IMG/VR virus record: IMGVR_UViG_3300027631_002940
From: an uncultured virus (IMG/VR IMGVR_UViG_3300027631_002940)
Taxonomy: Duplodnaviria > Heunggongvirae > Uroviricota > Caudoviricetes
DNA: 64,000 nucleotides
Reading direction: 5' to 3' (one strand)
The notes beneath the pieces are model-generated. The model saw nothing but the letters and a program-made list of their open reading frames with translations, did not search any database and was not told the DNA's origin. Shown here in pieces: positions 9,150-19,738 of the stretch. Numbering within the stretch: position 1 is the first letter of the stretch; each line of letters opens with the position of its first letter. Made by a program: the position numbers and the translations under genes.

Positions 9150-10508
9150 TTAATAATTATTCGAATATTCCAAAATAGGCAATGTAGTAAAGTTTTCTGA
9201 TAACAATGAGAATTTTACAGTTTTAATAATTTGTCCAGTAGAATCCATACTAGACTCTCCCACTGACCAGGCTAATTCTCTCAACGTTAACTTAAAATCG
9301 CCACAATTTATTTCTATACCGCCATTATTTATACTACTACTACCAGACATAACTTCAGCAAATGTATGTGGAGCTAAAGGAGATATATATTTGATAGTTC
9401 CTGATAACTTTTGACCATTACAAGAAAAAGCAATAGGATGAGCATTATATCTCTGTCTGGATAATCTAGATGTATTTACAGATGGCTGACAATACAATTC
9501 TTCAAAATTATTTTCCAATGTTATATCAATTTCTTTCACTAAAAAAGAAGAAATACTCAATCCTTGAAAACCGTTAAAGAATTTATCATCCAAAGGTAAA
9601 GCTAAACCAAATGTACCAGGATTAGCTGAAATGTAATTCAACCTAGTATTACTTCCATGTATTACTCTTGTTCCTGGGATTTTTCTTATATTATTTTGTA
9701 ATGTCTCGAAATTGCTATATAAATAGGCTTGTGGGCTTCTATTTAAAAAAGATGATTCAATCTCTACATTTGCACTTAAATCATTGTCAGATGTAATATT
9801 TAAGCTTATTTTTGAGACAGCACAGTTAGATATTAATCCTTCTCTTAATGATAAAAGAGAAAATGTAGGATCTTTATCAACATATTGGTCTCTTCCTACT
9901 ATAAATGTCTTACTAGTAGTGCGTTGAATAGTAGTGGGAGATTGAAAAGTAACGGTTCTTGTATTTTTGTTAATATTAGTTATAGTGACGTTTTCATTAA
10001 CTTCTGAATTATCAAAAGAAGCTAGAGTAACTTGTTTAGGTAGAGTAAAAGGTAAAAACTCCACCATATTTTTAATTATAAGTTGTGTAGTTCCGATTGC
10101 GATTATAGAAGACGATACTACTGGCTCTACAGAAGATATGGCTCCTGTTTTAGTACCCATATATCCATGAACTGCAAAATCCCATAAGGAAGCAAATCCA
10201 TTTTCTACACACCCAGATATATTAGCTCTAACAGGCATATCCATAGATAACTTCAATGTTTGTTTAGCTATTGAAAAAGTATTAGGTAATGGACCTTCAC
10301 CAGCTAATCTTTTGTCAAATTCAGAAGATTGTTCAGTATTTAAAGTTAATGATGCTGGTTGAACAACATATTTATAATCTAGAGCAATTGGATTAAATGC
10401 AAAATCAGGTTCATAAAATTCATCTCTAACAATAAATAATAGATCAGAGAAACCATTATTTAAAGAAAGATTAGAATAAAAATTCCTAAATTCATTTGTG
10501 TAAGGCAT
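9150..10508 (-). CDS. Tail-tube-like protein 1 (452 aa) with inserted beta domain
   Basis: PTFSL..NCAVSKISLNI..LSANVEI, VKEIDITLENNF and QKLSGTIKY; lies downstream of head-tail joining genes. Confidence 0.55.
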   Translation of the reverse strand: MPYTNEFRNFYSNLSLNNGFSDLLFIVRDEFYEPDFAFNPIALDYKYVVQPASLTLNTEQSSEFDKRLAGEGPLPNTFSIAKQTLKLSMDMPVRANISGCVENGFASLWDFAVHGYMGTKTGAISSVEPVVSSSIIAIGTTQLIIKNMVEFLPFTLPKQVTLASFDNSEVNENVTITNINKNTRTVTFQSPTTIQRTTSKTFIVGRDQYVDKDPTFSLLSLREGLISNCAVSKISLNITSDNDLSANVEIESSFLNRSPQAYLYSNFETLQNNIRKIPGTRVIHGSNTRLNYISANPGTFGLALPLDDKFFNGFQGLSISSFLVKEIDITLENNFEELYCQPSVNTSRLSRQRYNAHPIAFSCNGQKLSGTIKYISPLAPHTFAEVMSGSSSINNGGIEINCGDFKLTLRELAWSVGESSMDSTGQIIKTVKFSLLSENFTTLPILEYSNNY

Positions 10509-12898
10509 TATGGGACCGTTTCAACCGTAATTAAATCATATATTGACCAGTTGACTAAACCACTTGTAAACAATGTCAAATTTGTACCTGGATTTACATA
10601 TACTTCATCAACTCTATCAAATAAATCTGTAGCAGTACCCAAAAGAAATCTAGTATTTCTTGCTGTGTTTTTAGGAACTGTGATAGATAAAGATTTAGGA
10701 GTGCCATTTTCACCGTTTCTGGCTATTACAGTTACTACTAAATCATTTTTTGTAAATGTTTCTAAAATAGTAGAAGTAACTAGTTCTCCTTGCAAATTAT
10801 ATGATGGCAAGCCTGTATTAGTTAATGTTTCTACAGGAGGCACATATACTGATAATCTAGAGGGAATGTGAGCTATATCTTCAGTTAACTTTACGCCTCT
10901 GGTAATAGTCTTAGATGGAGCAATACCATTATCAATAAAACCTAATGGCTTGTAATAAATTGTTCTATTAGAAGCAGCTGTCCAGAATGAGTTAAAAGGA
11001 TCATTTGTTGTATAGACTAAATTCGTTCCTGAAGTTATGGAACCAAAGTAGAATGTTGTAGCCGGAATAGCTGCTACTGGAACCTTAATAACAATCCAAT
11101 ATGTTGTTCCCACTAATAGATTCGCACCATTAGTAAAAGCTACAGAATAGTAATCAGATGTAGTAGAGATAGAACCGAATTTAAGATTACCTGTTTGTGT
11201 TATTGGAAAGTCAGTATTAGGCTCCCCACCAGCATCAGGACATATGTTAATTTCAAAACCAGCATTAGGATTAGTAAGTGTTGTAGCAGATCTATGAATC
11301 TGTAATCTTACTCCGCCACAATAAACTTTATCTCCATTTGACAAACTTGAATTTGTAGGAATAAACTTAAGTGCTACGAATGTATTTGCTAATGTGTATG
11401 GAGCAGTAGGAGTAATCGGAACATTACTAAACTTAGGCGGGCCTTGTATTCTATTTACAGGAGTTATTCTATAATCAATAGACTCTGAAGAATTAGTAGA
11501 TCTTCTATACACATGATAAAAGCGAGCATTAGATGACCCTGACCAAGATAATTCGTTCATAAAATAATCAGTAGATGTTGATTTTGATATGAGAGAATTC
11601 TTTACTATTGCTGTTTCACCCGTATTTGTTATTGTAGAAACACCATAAATATATGTTCCAGTAGTAATAGTAGAATAATCAGAAGTTGTGTTATAAGATG
11701 ACAAAGTAAGATTCGAAACTGTAGAGCCAGTCATTACAGGACTAGTTGAATCATACAGATCTCCTCTAAAAATAGCAAATGTATGTACTAGATCAGATTC
11801 TGTTTCATCATAATATGCTTTTGTAAATTTTTGATCAAAATCGAATCTTTCTAAACCGTTAAAACTTCTACCAATATTATATAAAGAGGTAGGTCTAAAA
11901 GGTTGTAAATTCCAGAATCTTTTAAAACTAACTTGTGATCCTGATTTAGCTCTAGTGAAATTTATCAAAGATTGTATTAGAGTATTAATTCCAGCGATAT
12001 TCTTCAATGAATTTAAGTCTTGTAATGCATTTGAACAGGCAGACAAAACATTGCTTCTATCTTCAGAGTCTCCCAATATAGAAGTACTAGAATCTGCATT
12101 TGGCATATCTAAAGCTGTTCTAAGTATTTGATAAGCATTTGTGATAGTTGGGTCATTAGGATTTTCAACAACTATTTTGCATAATTCTACATGATTGTCT
12201 GGAACTAATGGAAAATATTTAAAGTCTGCTGGATATAAGGATGCTGTACTAACCGCTGGACCAGAAATAGATTTTATTCTAGGCTCTATTACAAAACTGA
12301 TAGGTGTATTTTTATAAATGATAGATGTTACTGATGAAAATGTTGTGTCAATATTTAGATATGTAGATGATTCAACACCAGTAAATAAATATAGTTTAGT
12401 ACCAATGTAAGCTTTGACTGGATATGTTAGATTATCTGGAATGACATCTAGCTTTATTTTGGTAGCGGAAATACTAGCTTGTTCAGATACTGTAGCGTTT
12501 AGATTAGTAGAAGCGCTTTCCAATTCAGTATGAGAAACTGCTAACACAATACCGTAAACATGAGTAGAAGGATATGTGGCTGAAAAATATTTTTTTATGC
12601 CTATTCGTTGAGAAGGGACAATAACGACATTACCAAGATATCCTATTTGACCACCTGAGTTTACAATATAATCTCCATCAGAAGGATTGTAAGAAGTCTC
12701 AAAAGATAATGGAGATGTTTCAATTACACCCAAATAAGGTATGCCATTTTCAGCAATTGACAACAGATTATTAATTTCAAAAACAGATGTACCGGGAGTT
12801 TTTTCATCACCAATTGCACCACTAATAGATTCGTGCAATTCACCTATTGTATTAGATACTGTTTTTACTACTTCTTCTATTTTTGAATTTACAGCCAT
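10508..12898 (-). CDS. Virion structural protein (796 aa) with FN3-like and choice-of-anchor-R-like domains
   Basis: YIYGVSTITNTGET..ELSWSG..RFYHVYR; PDAGGEP..TTYWIVI; S/T-rich. Confidence 0.55.
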   Translation of the reverse strand: MAVNSKIEEVVKTVSNTIGELHESISGAIGDEKTPGTSVFEINNLLSIAENGIPYLGVIETSPLSFETSYNPSDGDYIVNSGGQIGYLGNVVIVPSQRIGIKKYFSATYPSTHVYGIVLAVSHTELESASTNLNATVSEQASISATKIKLDVIPDNLTYPVKAYIGTKLYLFTGVESSTYLNIDTTFSSVTSIIYKNTPISFVIEPRIKSISGPAVSTASLYPADFKYFPLVPDNHVELCKIVVENPNDPTITNAYQILRTALDMPNADSSTSILGDSEDRSNVLSACSNALQDLNSLKNIAGINTLIQSLINFTRAKSGSQVSFKRFWNLQPFRPTSLYNIGRSFNGLERFDFDQKFTKAYYDETESDLVHTFAIFRGDLYDSTSPVMTGSTVSNLTLSSYNTTSDYSTITTGTYIYGVSTITNTGETAIVKNSLISKSTSTDYFMNELSWSGSSNARFYHVYRRSTNSSESIDYRITPVNRIQGPPKFSNVPITPTAPYTLANTFVALKFIPTNSSLSNGDKVYCGGVRLQIHRSATTLTNPNAGFEINICPDAGGEPNTDFPITQTGNLKFGSISTTSDYYSVAFTNGANLLVGTTYWIVIKVPVAAIPATTFYFGSITSGTNLVYTTNDPFNSFWTAASNRTIYYKPLGFIDNGIAPSKTITRGVKLTEDIAHIPSRLSVYVPPVETLTNTGLPSYNLQGELVTSTILETFTKNDLVVTVIARNGENGTPKSLSITVPKNTARNTRFLLGTATDLFDRVDEVYVNPGTNLTLFTSGLVNWSIYDLITVETVP

Positions 12899-13764
12899 TA
12901 TATTACCATGTTCAAGTCGTTAATAATAAAATTTCTTAGATCTGTTGGCAGTTCATATGGAGATGTCTGCCAATATTGTGAGAATGAAGGGTTCCAATCG
13001 GGTAATAAAACCCATTCTCTAACTATAGTTTTGATATTATTGTATAGTGTATTATACTGTTCTAAAGTAAGTGATTCCGCTCTTATGATAGAAGGTGTCA
13101 TTTTAAATGCTAAATCTTCTTCACTGAATCCAAATACTCCCCTTTGTTTTCTTATATCTTTAATGTAAACATTATAGGATGAAGTAAGAATATCTCCATT
13201 GTATTCATTTATATCAATAACAAATCTAAATATTGGTATGCTATAAAATTCAGAATATGGGCCTGTATTAGCAGGAGTAGGAGCATCAGGTATATTCAAA
13301 CTCATAGCATCCTCTAATGAAATATCCTTAGATATCAATAATGGATCGCCTGAATTAGTGGTTCCGCCTCTTGAAAGATTACTAGTTATATTAAATACTC
13401 TTACAGTGCTAAAATAAGATGTCAAATATACTGTGCCAAAAGCATAACAGTTATAGTAAATAGCCCCAGTATTTAATTGTGTAAATAAATCTAGGCCTAA
13501 TTCTGTGGAATTTATAATGGAATAATTTAGTCCATTATCACCAGAAGCATATCCTTTACCTAAAATCATAGTTTGATTGATGTTAGCGGATAAAGATTGC
13601 TCTATATTAGCACATCCATATCCTAAAGATAAATTTCTAGTTTCTGTTAATGTTGATAGAGCATATTCTTTTAGAGCAACATTATAATCAAGAGTTGACT
13701 TATATTCATTGATTCTTTTAACCAATAAATCCATAATATATGCGGAGTAGCCATTAACATCCAT
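12898..13764 (-). CDS. Hypothetical structural protein (288 aa)
   Basis: TAATG-coupled ORF within the structural operon; C-terminal SFSQYWQTSPY resembles SFKRFWNLQPF in the neighbouring 796-aa protein. Confidence 0.6.
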   Translation of the reverse strand: MDVNGYSAYIMDLLVKRINEYKSTLDYNVALKEYALSTLTETRNLSLGYGCANIEQSLSANINQTMILGKGYASGDNGLNYSIINSTELGLDLFTQLNTGAIYYNCYAFGTVYLTSYFSTVRVFNITSNLSRGGTTNSGDPLLISKDISLEDAMSLNIPDAPTPANTGPYSEFYSIPIFRFVIDINEYNGDILTSSYNVYIKDIRKQRGVFGFSEEDLAFKMTPSIIRAESLTLEQYNTLYNNIKTIVREWVLLPDWNPSFSQYWQTSPYELPTDLRNFIINDLNMVI

Positions 13765-13766
13765 AT

Positions 13767-16700
13767 TTATATACTCCTAAATATTAATCTATCACCAGGA
13801 GGAGCACCATTTGTAGGAGTGTCTAACTCTTCCATAGTTTTGCCAACCCTAAGATATAAAATTTTGTCAATCTTGTGTGATCCAATTTGTACTGGATTAG
13901 GTGTTTGACTATTTGATGAATTCGAATTAATCAATGTTAAAGTTTGTGTAGGGCTGCTCCATTGCGCTTTCAAAATAAAAGCAGCACCAGAGATAGTAGT
14001 ATTAGTATAATAATATTCTATTTTAACATTATAAGTATTGCTATTCAAACAATTTAATGCATAAGTAAATATATTTTGTCCAACATTATTCCATTGATCA
14101 ATTACTAAATCATTATCGATATATACTCTAATACCTGAGTTTGCTGTAAATCTGAAAGTATATGTTTCTGAATATAATGGAGTAAAATTACCAATAGCTA
14201 CTGCATTAACATATGTAGGATTATCTAAATTATCATCAGCATTAGGATAATCAATACTTGTTTCTGTAATATCTAAGAATGGAGTAAAAGATGTAGTATC
14301 AACAATATGATAATTGCTTGCATCTTTTTGATACCACTTAATACGCCATTTAGGAGATGCTGAGAAGATTTTATTTGTAATGGTGTATATTTGTCCATTA
14401 GATAAATATTTGATACAAGCATATATATCATTACTTACTGGAGCATATTGCCAAACATTTGAATCATTCCTAAAAGCTCTTGGATATATGTAAAGATTTT
14501 GTGGAGAATCTAACTTGTTACATATATAGTTCCAATAACCATCTACATAATATATATCTGAGAATTCTCTATCTTTATTTGGTCCAGGCAAATATTTTGT
14601 AATGTTTAATGAGCTTCTGTTAAAGCTACCTAATATTTCTGTATCTATTTGATAGAACTTTATATATGCAGTTCCTGAAGAAATTGCCCAGACTGAATTT
14701 GAAATAGTAGCAATATTATTAGATGTTGTATTGCATTCTAAATAAAATGTTCCATCAATCGCAGGACTTGATAATTCTAATACTATCCAATAATCTTTGT
14801 TGAATGACAAGCTATAAGGAAGTATAAATGTTTCAGAATTATATGTATTGATATTTACATCTGAAAATTTAATTTCACTTCCGGATGATAACTTATTTCC
14901 AGGCAATCCATTATTATCTAAATAAATATGAGATTTTATAGTTGATTCAGAATTTAGTATTTTTGTTTTACCAGAATCTAATATTGCTTTTAAGTTTACA
15001 TCGAATCTTTCAATATTAGAGTTAACTGTAGGTGATATCTTAATTGCAATATAATCAGATATAAGTTTATTACTACCGCCTACTGTATTATTGATAGCAG
15101 AATCTATAGATACTTTAGCTTCTGTACCATATGTTTCAAGATCTCCGATAGTAATACCACTTGTAGCAATGGTGAAAGAATCAGCAACTATTTTCTGTGG
15201 TTCTGGATCTGGGTCTTGTACAGGTGCAATATTCTCACCAAAATAAGAGTTAAGATTAATATTCCAATACGGTGTTGAATCAAAAGTATATTGAGCTACA
15301 CAAACTCCTAAATTCTTTAATGCGACCCAGGATTCAGGATATTGACTATTATTAACATCATAAAATTCCCCACCCGCTTCTAGGAACTTCAATACTTCTT
15401 CATCTATTTGTGCTGATGTATAACCTAAATTTTCATATTTTTTTCTAAAATCAGCTTCAGATATTTTTGTTGAATCTGGAGGAGCTACAACTTTAGTTTT
15501 AATTTGCCTAGCTTTACCCATTTCTAAATCAGGGATAATTCCAGCATATCCTTGTAGTCTCCAGCTATCAATATTTTCAAGAACGCCATCACTAATAGAT
15601 GTTCTTTCTGCTTCTGTGCCTTTTTTGAAATATCCGATAGTATTAAGTTGCTGATTAACTCTATTATTATATTCATGATCAGAAAGAAAATACTTAGAAG
15701 CCATAATCTTGAGATCTTTTTGTAATACATTCTGATTACTATCTTCTAGTAATAATCTAAAAGTATAATCTTCACCAACTTTATTTCCAGAAGTATTATC
15801 TCCCACTACCTCACATAGATATGATGGTTCTAAATATACTTCGAAATTTTCTGATGAACTAAGAGTCTCATTAGTTATATCTAATTCATCAGATTTTAAG
15901 TAACCTAAAATAGTCGATGGCTGTTTTACCGCTAAAGACTTAATTGATTCTCTTCCATAAATATCAAATTGAATTGCTTTTGGTTCTTCATTATTTGCAT
16001 TTTGTAATAATTCTGTAGATGGTTTTTTGATGTTGTAATGTAATAGATTCTGCTTATTAATATCAAAAGAAAAATCGCTAGGTAATGAATCTGTTAATGA
16101 TGCTTGGTTAAAAGAATCAATAATAGCTTGAAAAGTAGATGTTCTAAATGTATCTGTTAAATCTAAACTTCTAAAAAAGTCTACGGCATTAGCAAATCCA
16201 GGAACTAATATTTTAGCAACATCTTCATCGCCAATATTTTTCTGGGCATAATTAGGTAATGGTTGATCAAATTCAATTATTTCATTGATATAAATAATAT
16301 TATTTTCAATTGGATTTTCAGGGTCAGGTGAAAGAATAAATGTCTGATTACTGCCTTCTACTACACCATACAAATATCCCGGAGCTTTAATCAAATATAA
16401 GGTTACTAGAATATCATATTCTTTAGGAACTACTGGTAAGTATTTATATTTGTTAGAAATAAAATCTTTATGAATAGGATTACCAATAAAAGATTTATAT
16501 TCTACATAAGGATCTTGCCCATCTAATCCTTTATTGTATCCAGCCAGCACAACAGGCAAAATTTCATCTATAGATAATTGAGCTATATTGTTATAACTTT
16601 TTACAATACCTTGATCATACGAAGGAAAATTATTTGTTATTCTATATTTGTCTGGTGCGGTCAAATCAGAATATTCACCATCATAAAGATAGTTATGTGT

Positions 16701-17753
16701 CTTATTATTAGATACTAGATAAGGATCAGATAAATTTTCATAAGTAGGATCTAAATCAAATCCACATCTTAATGATTTTATGAAAAAATTCTTTCTATTC
16801 CATACAAGAATATTTGGACTAGTAGGTGTAAAGGTATTTGTTTTATTAACAAAATTGATAACTGACATATCATCTCTACTACACCAATATGCAGCAATAT
16901 GCCAATATTTATCTGGACCCCAAGAAAATCCAGGACCTAAGTTAAAGTTGAACTTAAGTAACCATGTATTACCATTATCAGTAATACTATAGTCTAAAGG
17001 TAACAACATATCACCTATTGGAATGACACCTGTTGCTGGCTGCCATGTATCAGTAGTTGTGTTATAACCTTGTATTAGATATGCATGTGAATAGAACTTT
17101 AAGTCCATAGCCACATCTGTTATATGATCATATCTTTGTATACCTAAGAAAAGATTTTTATCCAAGGTTAATGTCAAACTATAATCTGATGTATTTGTGA
17201 ATGTCAATCCAGTGGTATTTTTTATAGAAAGCCATCTAGCAGAAGAAAAGAATGGAACTCTTAAATAAGATGGAGCTGAATATCTAACGGGTGATTGCTG
17301 AGTTAATCTTCCACTACCAGAAGATGGCTCTGATAAATTAGTGGTGTAAAATTGAACACCACTGTTATTTACTGGAATATAACCAGCCCAAGCATTATAT
17401 TCCCAATATCCCCAACCTTCAGTACTAGGTGGTCCATAATAACCAGGGAACCAGTTATAAGAACCAGATTGAGGAAATTCTAAAAATGGATGAACATTCT
17501 TTTGATCAATTTTATAATCAGTACCAAAAAGACCTAATCCAACATTTTCTGGAGTTTCATATTGTAAGAAGTTTTTTGCATAATCATCATCATGAAATTT
17601 TGTTGACCCTCTTAAATAAGACAAAGTTGTTTCTAAATGTAGTCTAGACTTAAAATTTACTGAAGTCGTTCCTACACTATCGGAAACATATTTTTGTGCT
17701 TTGCCTAGAATAGAAGTAATGTATTCTAAGCCTGTTCGGGTCATATTACTCAT
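13767..17753 (-). CDS. Large virion protein (1328 aa) with choice-of-anchor-R-like and C-terminal PA14 domains
   Basis: GNFTPLYSETYTFRFTANSGIRVYIDNDLVIDQW..YNVKIEYY (PA14); IYLDNNGLPG..DYWIVL. Confidence 0.7.
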   Translation of the reverse strand: MSNMTRTGLEYITSILGKAQKYVSDSVGTTSVNFKSRLHLETTLSYLRGSTKFHDDDYAKNFLQYETPENVGLGLFGTDYKIDQKNVHPFLEFPQSGSYNWFPGYYGPPSTEGWGYWEYNAWAGYIPVNNSGVQFYTTNLSEPSSGSGRLTQQSPVRYSAPSYLRVPFFSSARWLSIKNTTGLTFTNTSDYSLTLTLDKNLFLGIQRYDHITDVAMDLKFYSHAYLIQGYNTTTDTWQPATGVIPIGDMLLPLDYSITDNGNTWLLKFNFNLGPGFSWGPDKYWHIAAYWCSRDDMSVINFVNKTNTFTPTSPNILVWNRKNFFIKSLRCGFDLDPTYENLSDPYLVSNNKTHNYLYDGEYSDLTAPDKYRITNNFPSYDQGIVKSYNNIAQLSIDEILPVVLAGYNKGLDGQDPYVEYKSFIGNPIHKDFISNKYKYLPVVPKEYDILVTLYLIKAPGYLYGVVEGSNQTFILSPDPENPIENNIIYINEIIEFDQPLPNYAQKNIGDEDVAKILVPGFANAVDFFRSLDLTDTFRTSTFQAIIDSFNQASLTDSLPSDFSFDINKQNLLHYNIKKPSTELLQNANNEEPKAIQFDIYGRESIKSLAVKQPSTILGYLKSDELDITNETLSSSENFEVYLEPSYLCEVVGDNTSGNKVGEDYTFRLLLEDSNQNVLQKDLKIMASKYFLSDHEYNNRVNQQLNTIGYFKKGTEAERTSISDGVLENIDSWRLQGYAGIIPDLEMGKARQIKTKVVAPPDSTKISEADFRKKYENLGYTSAQIDEEVLKFLEAGGEFYDVNNSQYPESWVALKNLGVCVAQYTFDSTPYWNINLNSYFGENIAPVQDPDPEPQKIVADSFTIATSGITIGDLETYGTEAKVSIDSAINNTVGGSNKLISDYIAIKISPTVNSNIERFDVNLKAILDSGKTKILNSESTIKSHIYLDNNGLPGNKLSSGSEIKFSDVNINTYNSETFILPYSLSFNKDYWIVLELSSPAIDGTFYLECNTTSNNIATISNSVWAISSGTAYIKFYQIDTEILGSFNRSSLNITKYLPGPNKDREFSDIYYVDGYWNYICNKLDSPQNLYIYPRAFRNDSNVWQYAPVSNDIYACIKYLSNGQIYTITNKIFSASPKWRIKWYQKDASNYHIVDTTSFTPFLDITETSIDYPNADDNLDNPTYVNAVAIGNFTPLYSETYTFRFTANSGIRVYIDNDLVIDQWNNVGQNIFTYALNCLNSNTYNVKIEYYYTNTTISGAAFILKAQWSSPTQTLTLINSNSSNSQTPNPVQIGSHKIDKILYLRVGKTMEELDTPTNGAPPGDRLIFRSI

Positions 17754-17755
17754 TT

Positions 17756-18532
17756 TTAATATGCAGTACTTGGTACGTTATCAGGACCATAAATAGTTTG
17801 TTTTACAACCTCTTTAGCTGTAAATGTAATTTGTCCAGTTTTTAATAAAGCTTGTCCTCTTCCATCATCAGAGGGCTTATTATCACTAACTACACAATCA
17901 TAAAGCATCCTAATAGGTTCTACGTTGTCTTTTTGCATAGATAATATATTATTTTTAGCATCTGTAGGTAAATTATTTACTACTACGTTATTTCTTACAT
18001 CTTCATACAATAAGTAAAAGGCTTCTGTAGCTAAACCTGAAGCTGGAAGTGCCGGAGCTGGATAAGCATTAGTATGTGTTATATTCCAAGAATTTTGAAA
18101 ATTAGTAGTAGCTGTAGATACATAACTATTTAAAATAGTTGGATGTGTGGATGTAAAGTGAACAGGAGATAATGATTGCTTGCTACATATCGGGCATAAG
18201 TCTACTACCCAAATTCTTCTATGTTTACGAAGTGCGGTAATAATCAATCTACTGCCTTCAAGAGCAATTCTTTCAGACAATTCAGTTTCATCTGCCCCAG
18301 CATCTACGCCTATAATTATTTTATATTCGTATTCCTGTAATCCAAATGCAATATCTTTAATATTTAAATTGGCGGAATAAATCATGATAGATAGATTTGC
18401 AGGTTTTACATCTCTATCACCAATGAACCAATTTCTTACTGGTCTGTCATAAATTACAACATTGCCAATTGCATCTTTGGGCAAATCGTTATATAAGATA
18501 CCTTTTAAAGTATCATAGATTTTTTCTACCAT
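17756..18532 (-). CDS. Putative tail terminator/completion protein with C2H2-like insertion
   Basis: Directly downstream of the gp36-like gene; alpha/beta core (YEYKIIIGV..GQITFTAKE) interrupted by CPICSKQSLSPVHFTSTH. Confidence 0.45.
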   Translation of the reverse strand: MVEKIYDTLKGILYNDLPKDAIGNVVIYDRPVRNWFIGDRDVKPANLSIMIYSANLNIKDIAFGLQEYEYKIIIGVDAGADETELSERIALEGSRLIITALRKHRRIWVVDLCPICSKQSLSPVHFTSTHPTILNSYVSTATTNFQNSWNITHTNAYPAPALPASGLATEAFYLLYEDVRNNVVVNNLPTDAKNNILSMQKDNVEPIRMLYDCVVSDNKPSDDGRGQALLKTGQITFTAKEVVKQTIYGPDNVPSTAY

Positions 18533-18535
18533 TTA

Positions 18536-19030
18536 TTACTGTGATTTTCCCTTAGATCTCTTGCCTTCGGCTGGATTTACAGGAACCCCTCTCAATGTAG
18601 ATCGAACGAATCTATCTCCACGAGTATTTCTTTGTCCAAACAATCTCAATTCGCCATTTTGAATTCTGATTAGCTCATTCATAGCCCAATCAAATCTTTC
18701 TTTTTGTATCTCTGAAGATTGTCTATCAGCTCCCTGTAAACCTTGAGCATAAAATAAATTAGCAGCCATAATTGCGCATATGACAGGGAGAGGATGAGGA
18801 TAGCTTATTTCTCCACCAAGATTTACCTGTTTCAATGGTACATCATATTGTGTAGCTAAATTACCATCTATTTCTGCTGATGCTTGTTGAATAAAAAAAT
18901 CTACATCAATATTAGATGCTGTTTCTGGAGATGGATTACGGAAATTTGGGACAGGATTTTCACCTTCTAGAACAACATTTGGTGGTAAATATTTCTTTAC
19001 ATCATTAACGGTACAGTATGCTCTAGCCAT
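18536..19030 (-). CDS. Head-tail connector, DUF1320 / Mu gp36-like
   Basis: AYCTVNDV, ASAEIDGNLATQYDVPL, ICAIMAA, AMNELIRIQNGELRL. Confidence 0.75.
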   Translation of the reverse strand: MARAYCTVNDVKKYLPPNVVLEGENPVPNFRNPSPETASNIDVDFFIQQASAEIDGNLATQYDVPLKQVNLGGEISYPHPLPVICAIMAANLFYAQGLQGADRQSSEIQKERFDWAMNELIRIQNGELRLFGQRNTRGDRFVRSTLRGVPVNPAEGKRSKGKSQ

Positions 19031-19032
19031 TA

Positions 19033-19701
19033 TTAAACCCCTTTAAGGTATTTTGGTGTGTAATCTACGCCTTCTTCTTCAGCTAAAAATCCCATTTCTA
19101 CCGCATCTTTTCTATCTAATAAAGTAAAAATATTCATCTGTTCTAGATCATTAGCAGATAAAGCTCCTGATGAAACAAATCTTGGGAAATCTATATCAAC
19201 ATCCTGATAAGATCCAGCCTTAGCGTTGAAAATTTCGATAGCGTCTGGGGCTGAAGGAGAGCCTACAAGTTTATTAAGAACTTGTGCTTTTCTTTTACCA
19301 ACATTTCTAGCCATTACAAAGCCTCTAGACTTATGAACTAGATTACAAGCATCAGCGGTAGTCAACCCTTGTTGAATTGGTTTATTTAAATTATAAATAA
19401 ATAATTCTTGTTTGTCGGATGTAGTATAACTTTGACCAGCAACAACAGTAATATCCATCTGCTGTACTCTAGCCATTTCTTTAGCAACTAACCCAATGTG
19501 AGGTCCTGCAGTATTTACTATACCTATAATGTCTAAACCTTTAATCACAGCAGATGTAAGAATAGACTTAACTGTAGATTCCATTGTGTTTTTGTTTGTG
19601 AAATTTTCAATATCATCTATCCACAAACATAGGTCTGCTCTTAGAGTGTTTTTTCTAAGAGAAGTGCATTCTTTAGCAGTGGCGTACCATTTCTTGATCA
19701 T
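19033..19701 (-). CDS. PHP-fold phosphoesterase-like protein, metal ligands lost
   Basis: RADLCLW (cf. DLHxH), GLDIIGIVNT (cf. IAITDH), VAGQS (cf. GxE), DAIEIFNAK, VSSGA (cf. GSDAH). Confidence 0.65.
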   Translation of the reverse strand: MIKKWYATAKECTSLRKNTLRADLCLWIDDIENFTNKNTMESTVKSILTSAVIKGLDIIGIVNTAGPHIGLVAKEMARVQQMDITVVAGQSYTTSDKQELFIYNLNKPIQQGLTTADACNLVHKSRGFVMARNVGKRKAQVLNKLVGSPSAPDAIEIFNAKAGSYQDVDIDFPRFVSSGALSANDLEQMNIFTLLDRKDAVEMGFLAEEEGVDYTPKYLKGV

Positions 19702-19710
19702 AATTACTTA

Positions 19711-19738
19711 ATTCAAGAATAAAGGTATTTTATTCCTG
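19711..19738 (-). promoter_or_regulatory. Candidate late promoter CAGG-N20-GAAT
   Basis: Fills almost the whole 37-bp gap ahead of the 13-kb minus-strand operon. Confidence 0.45.
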
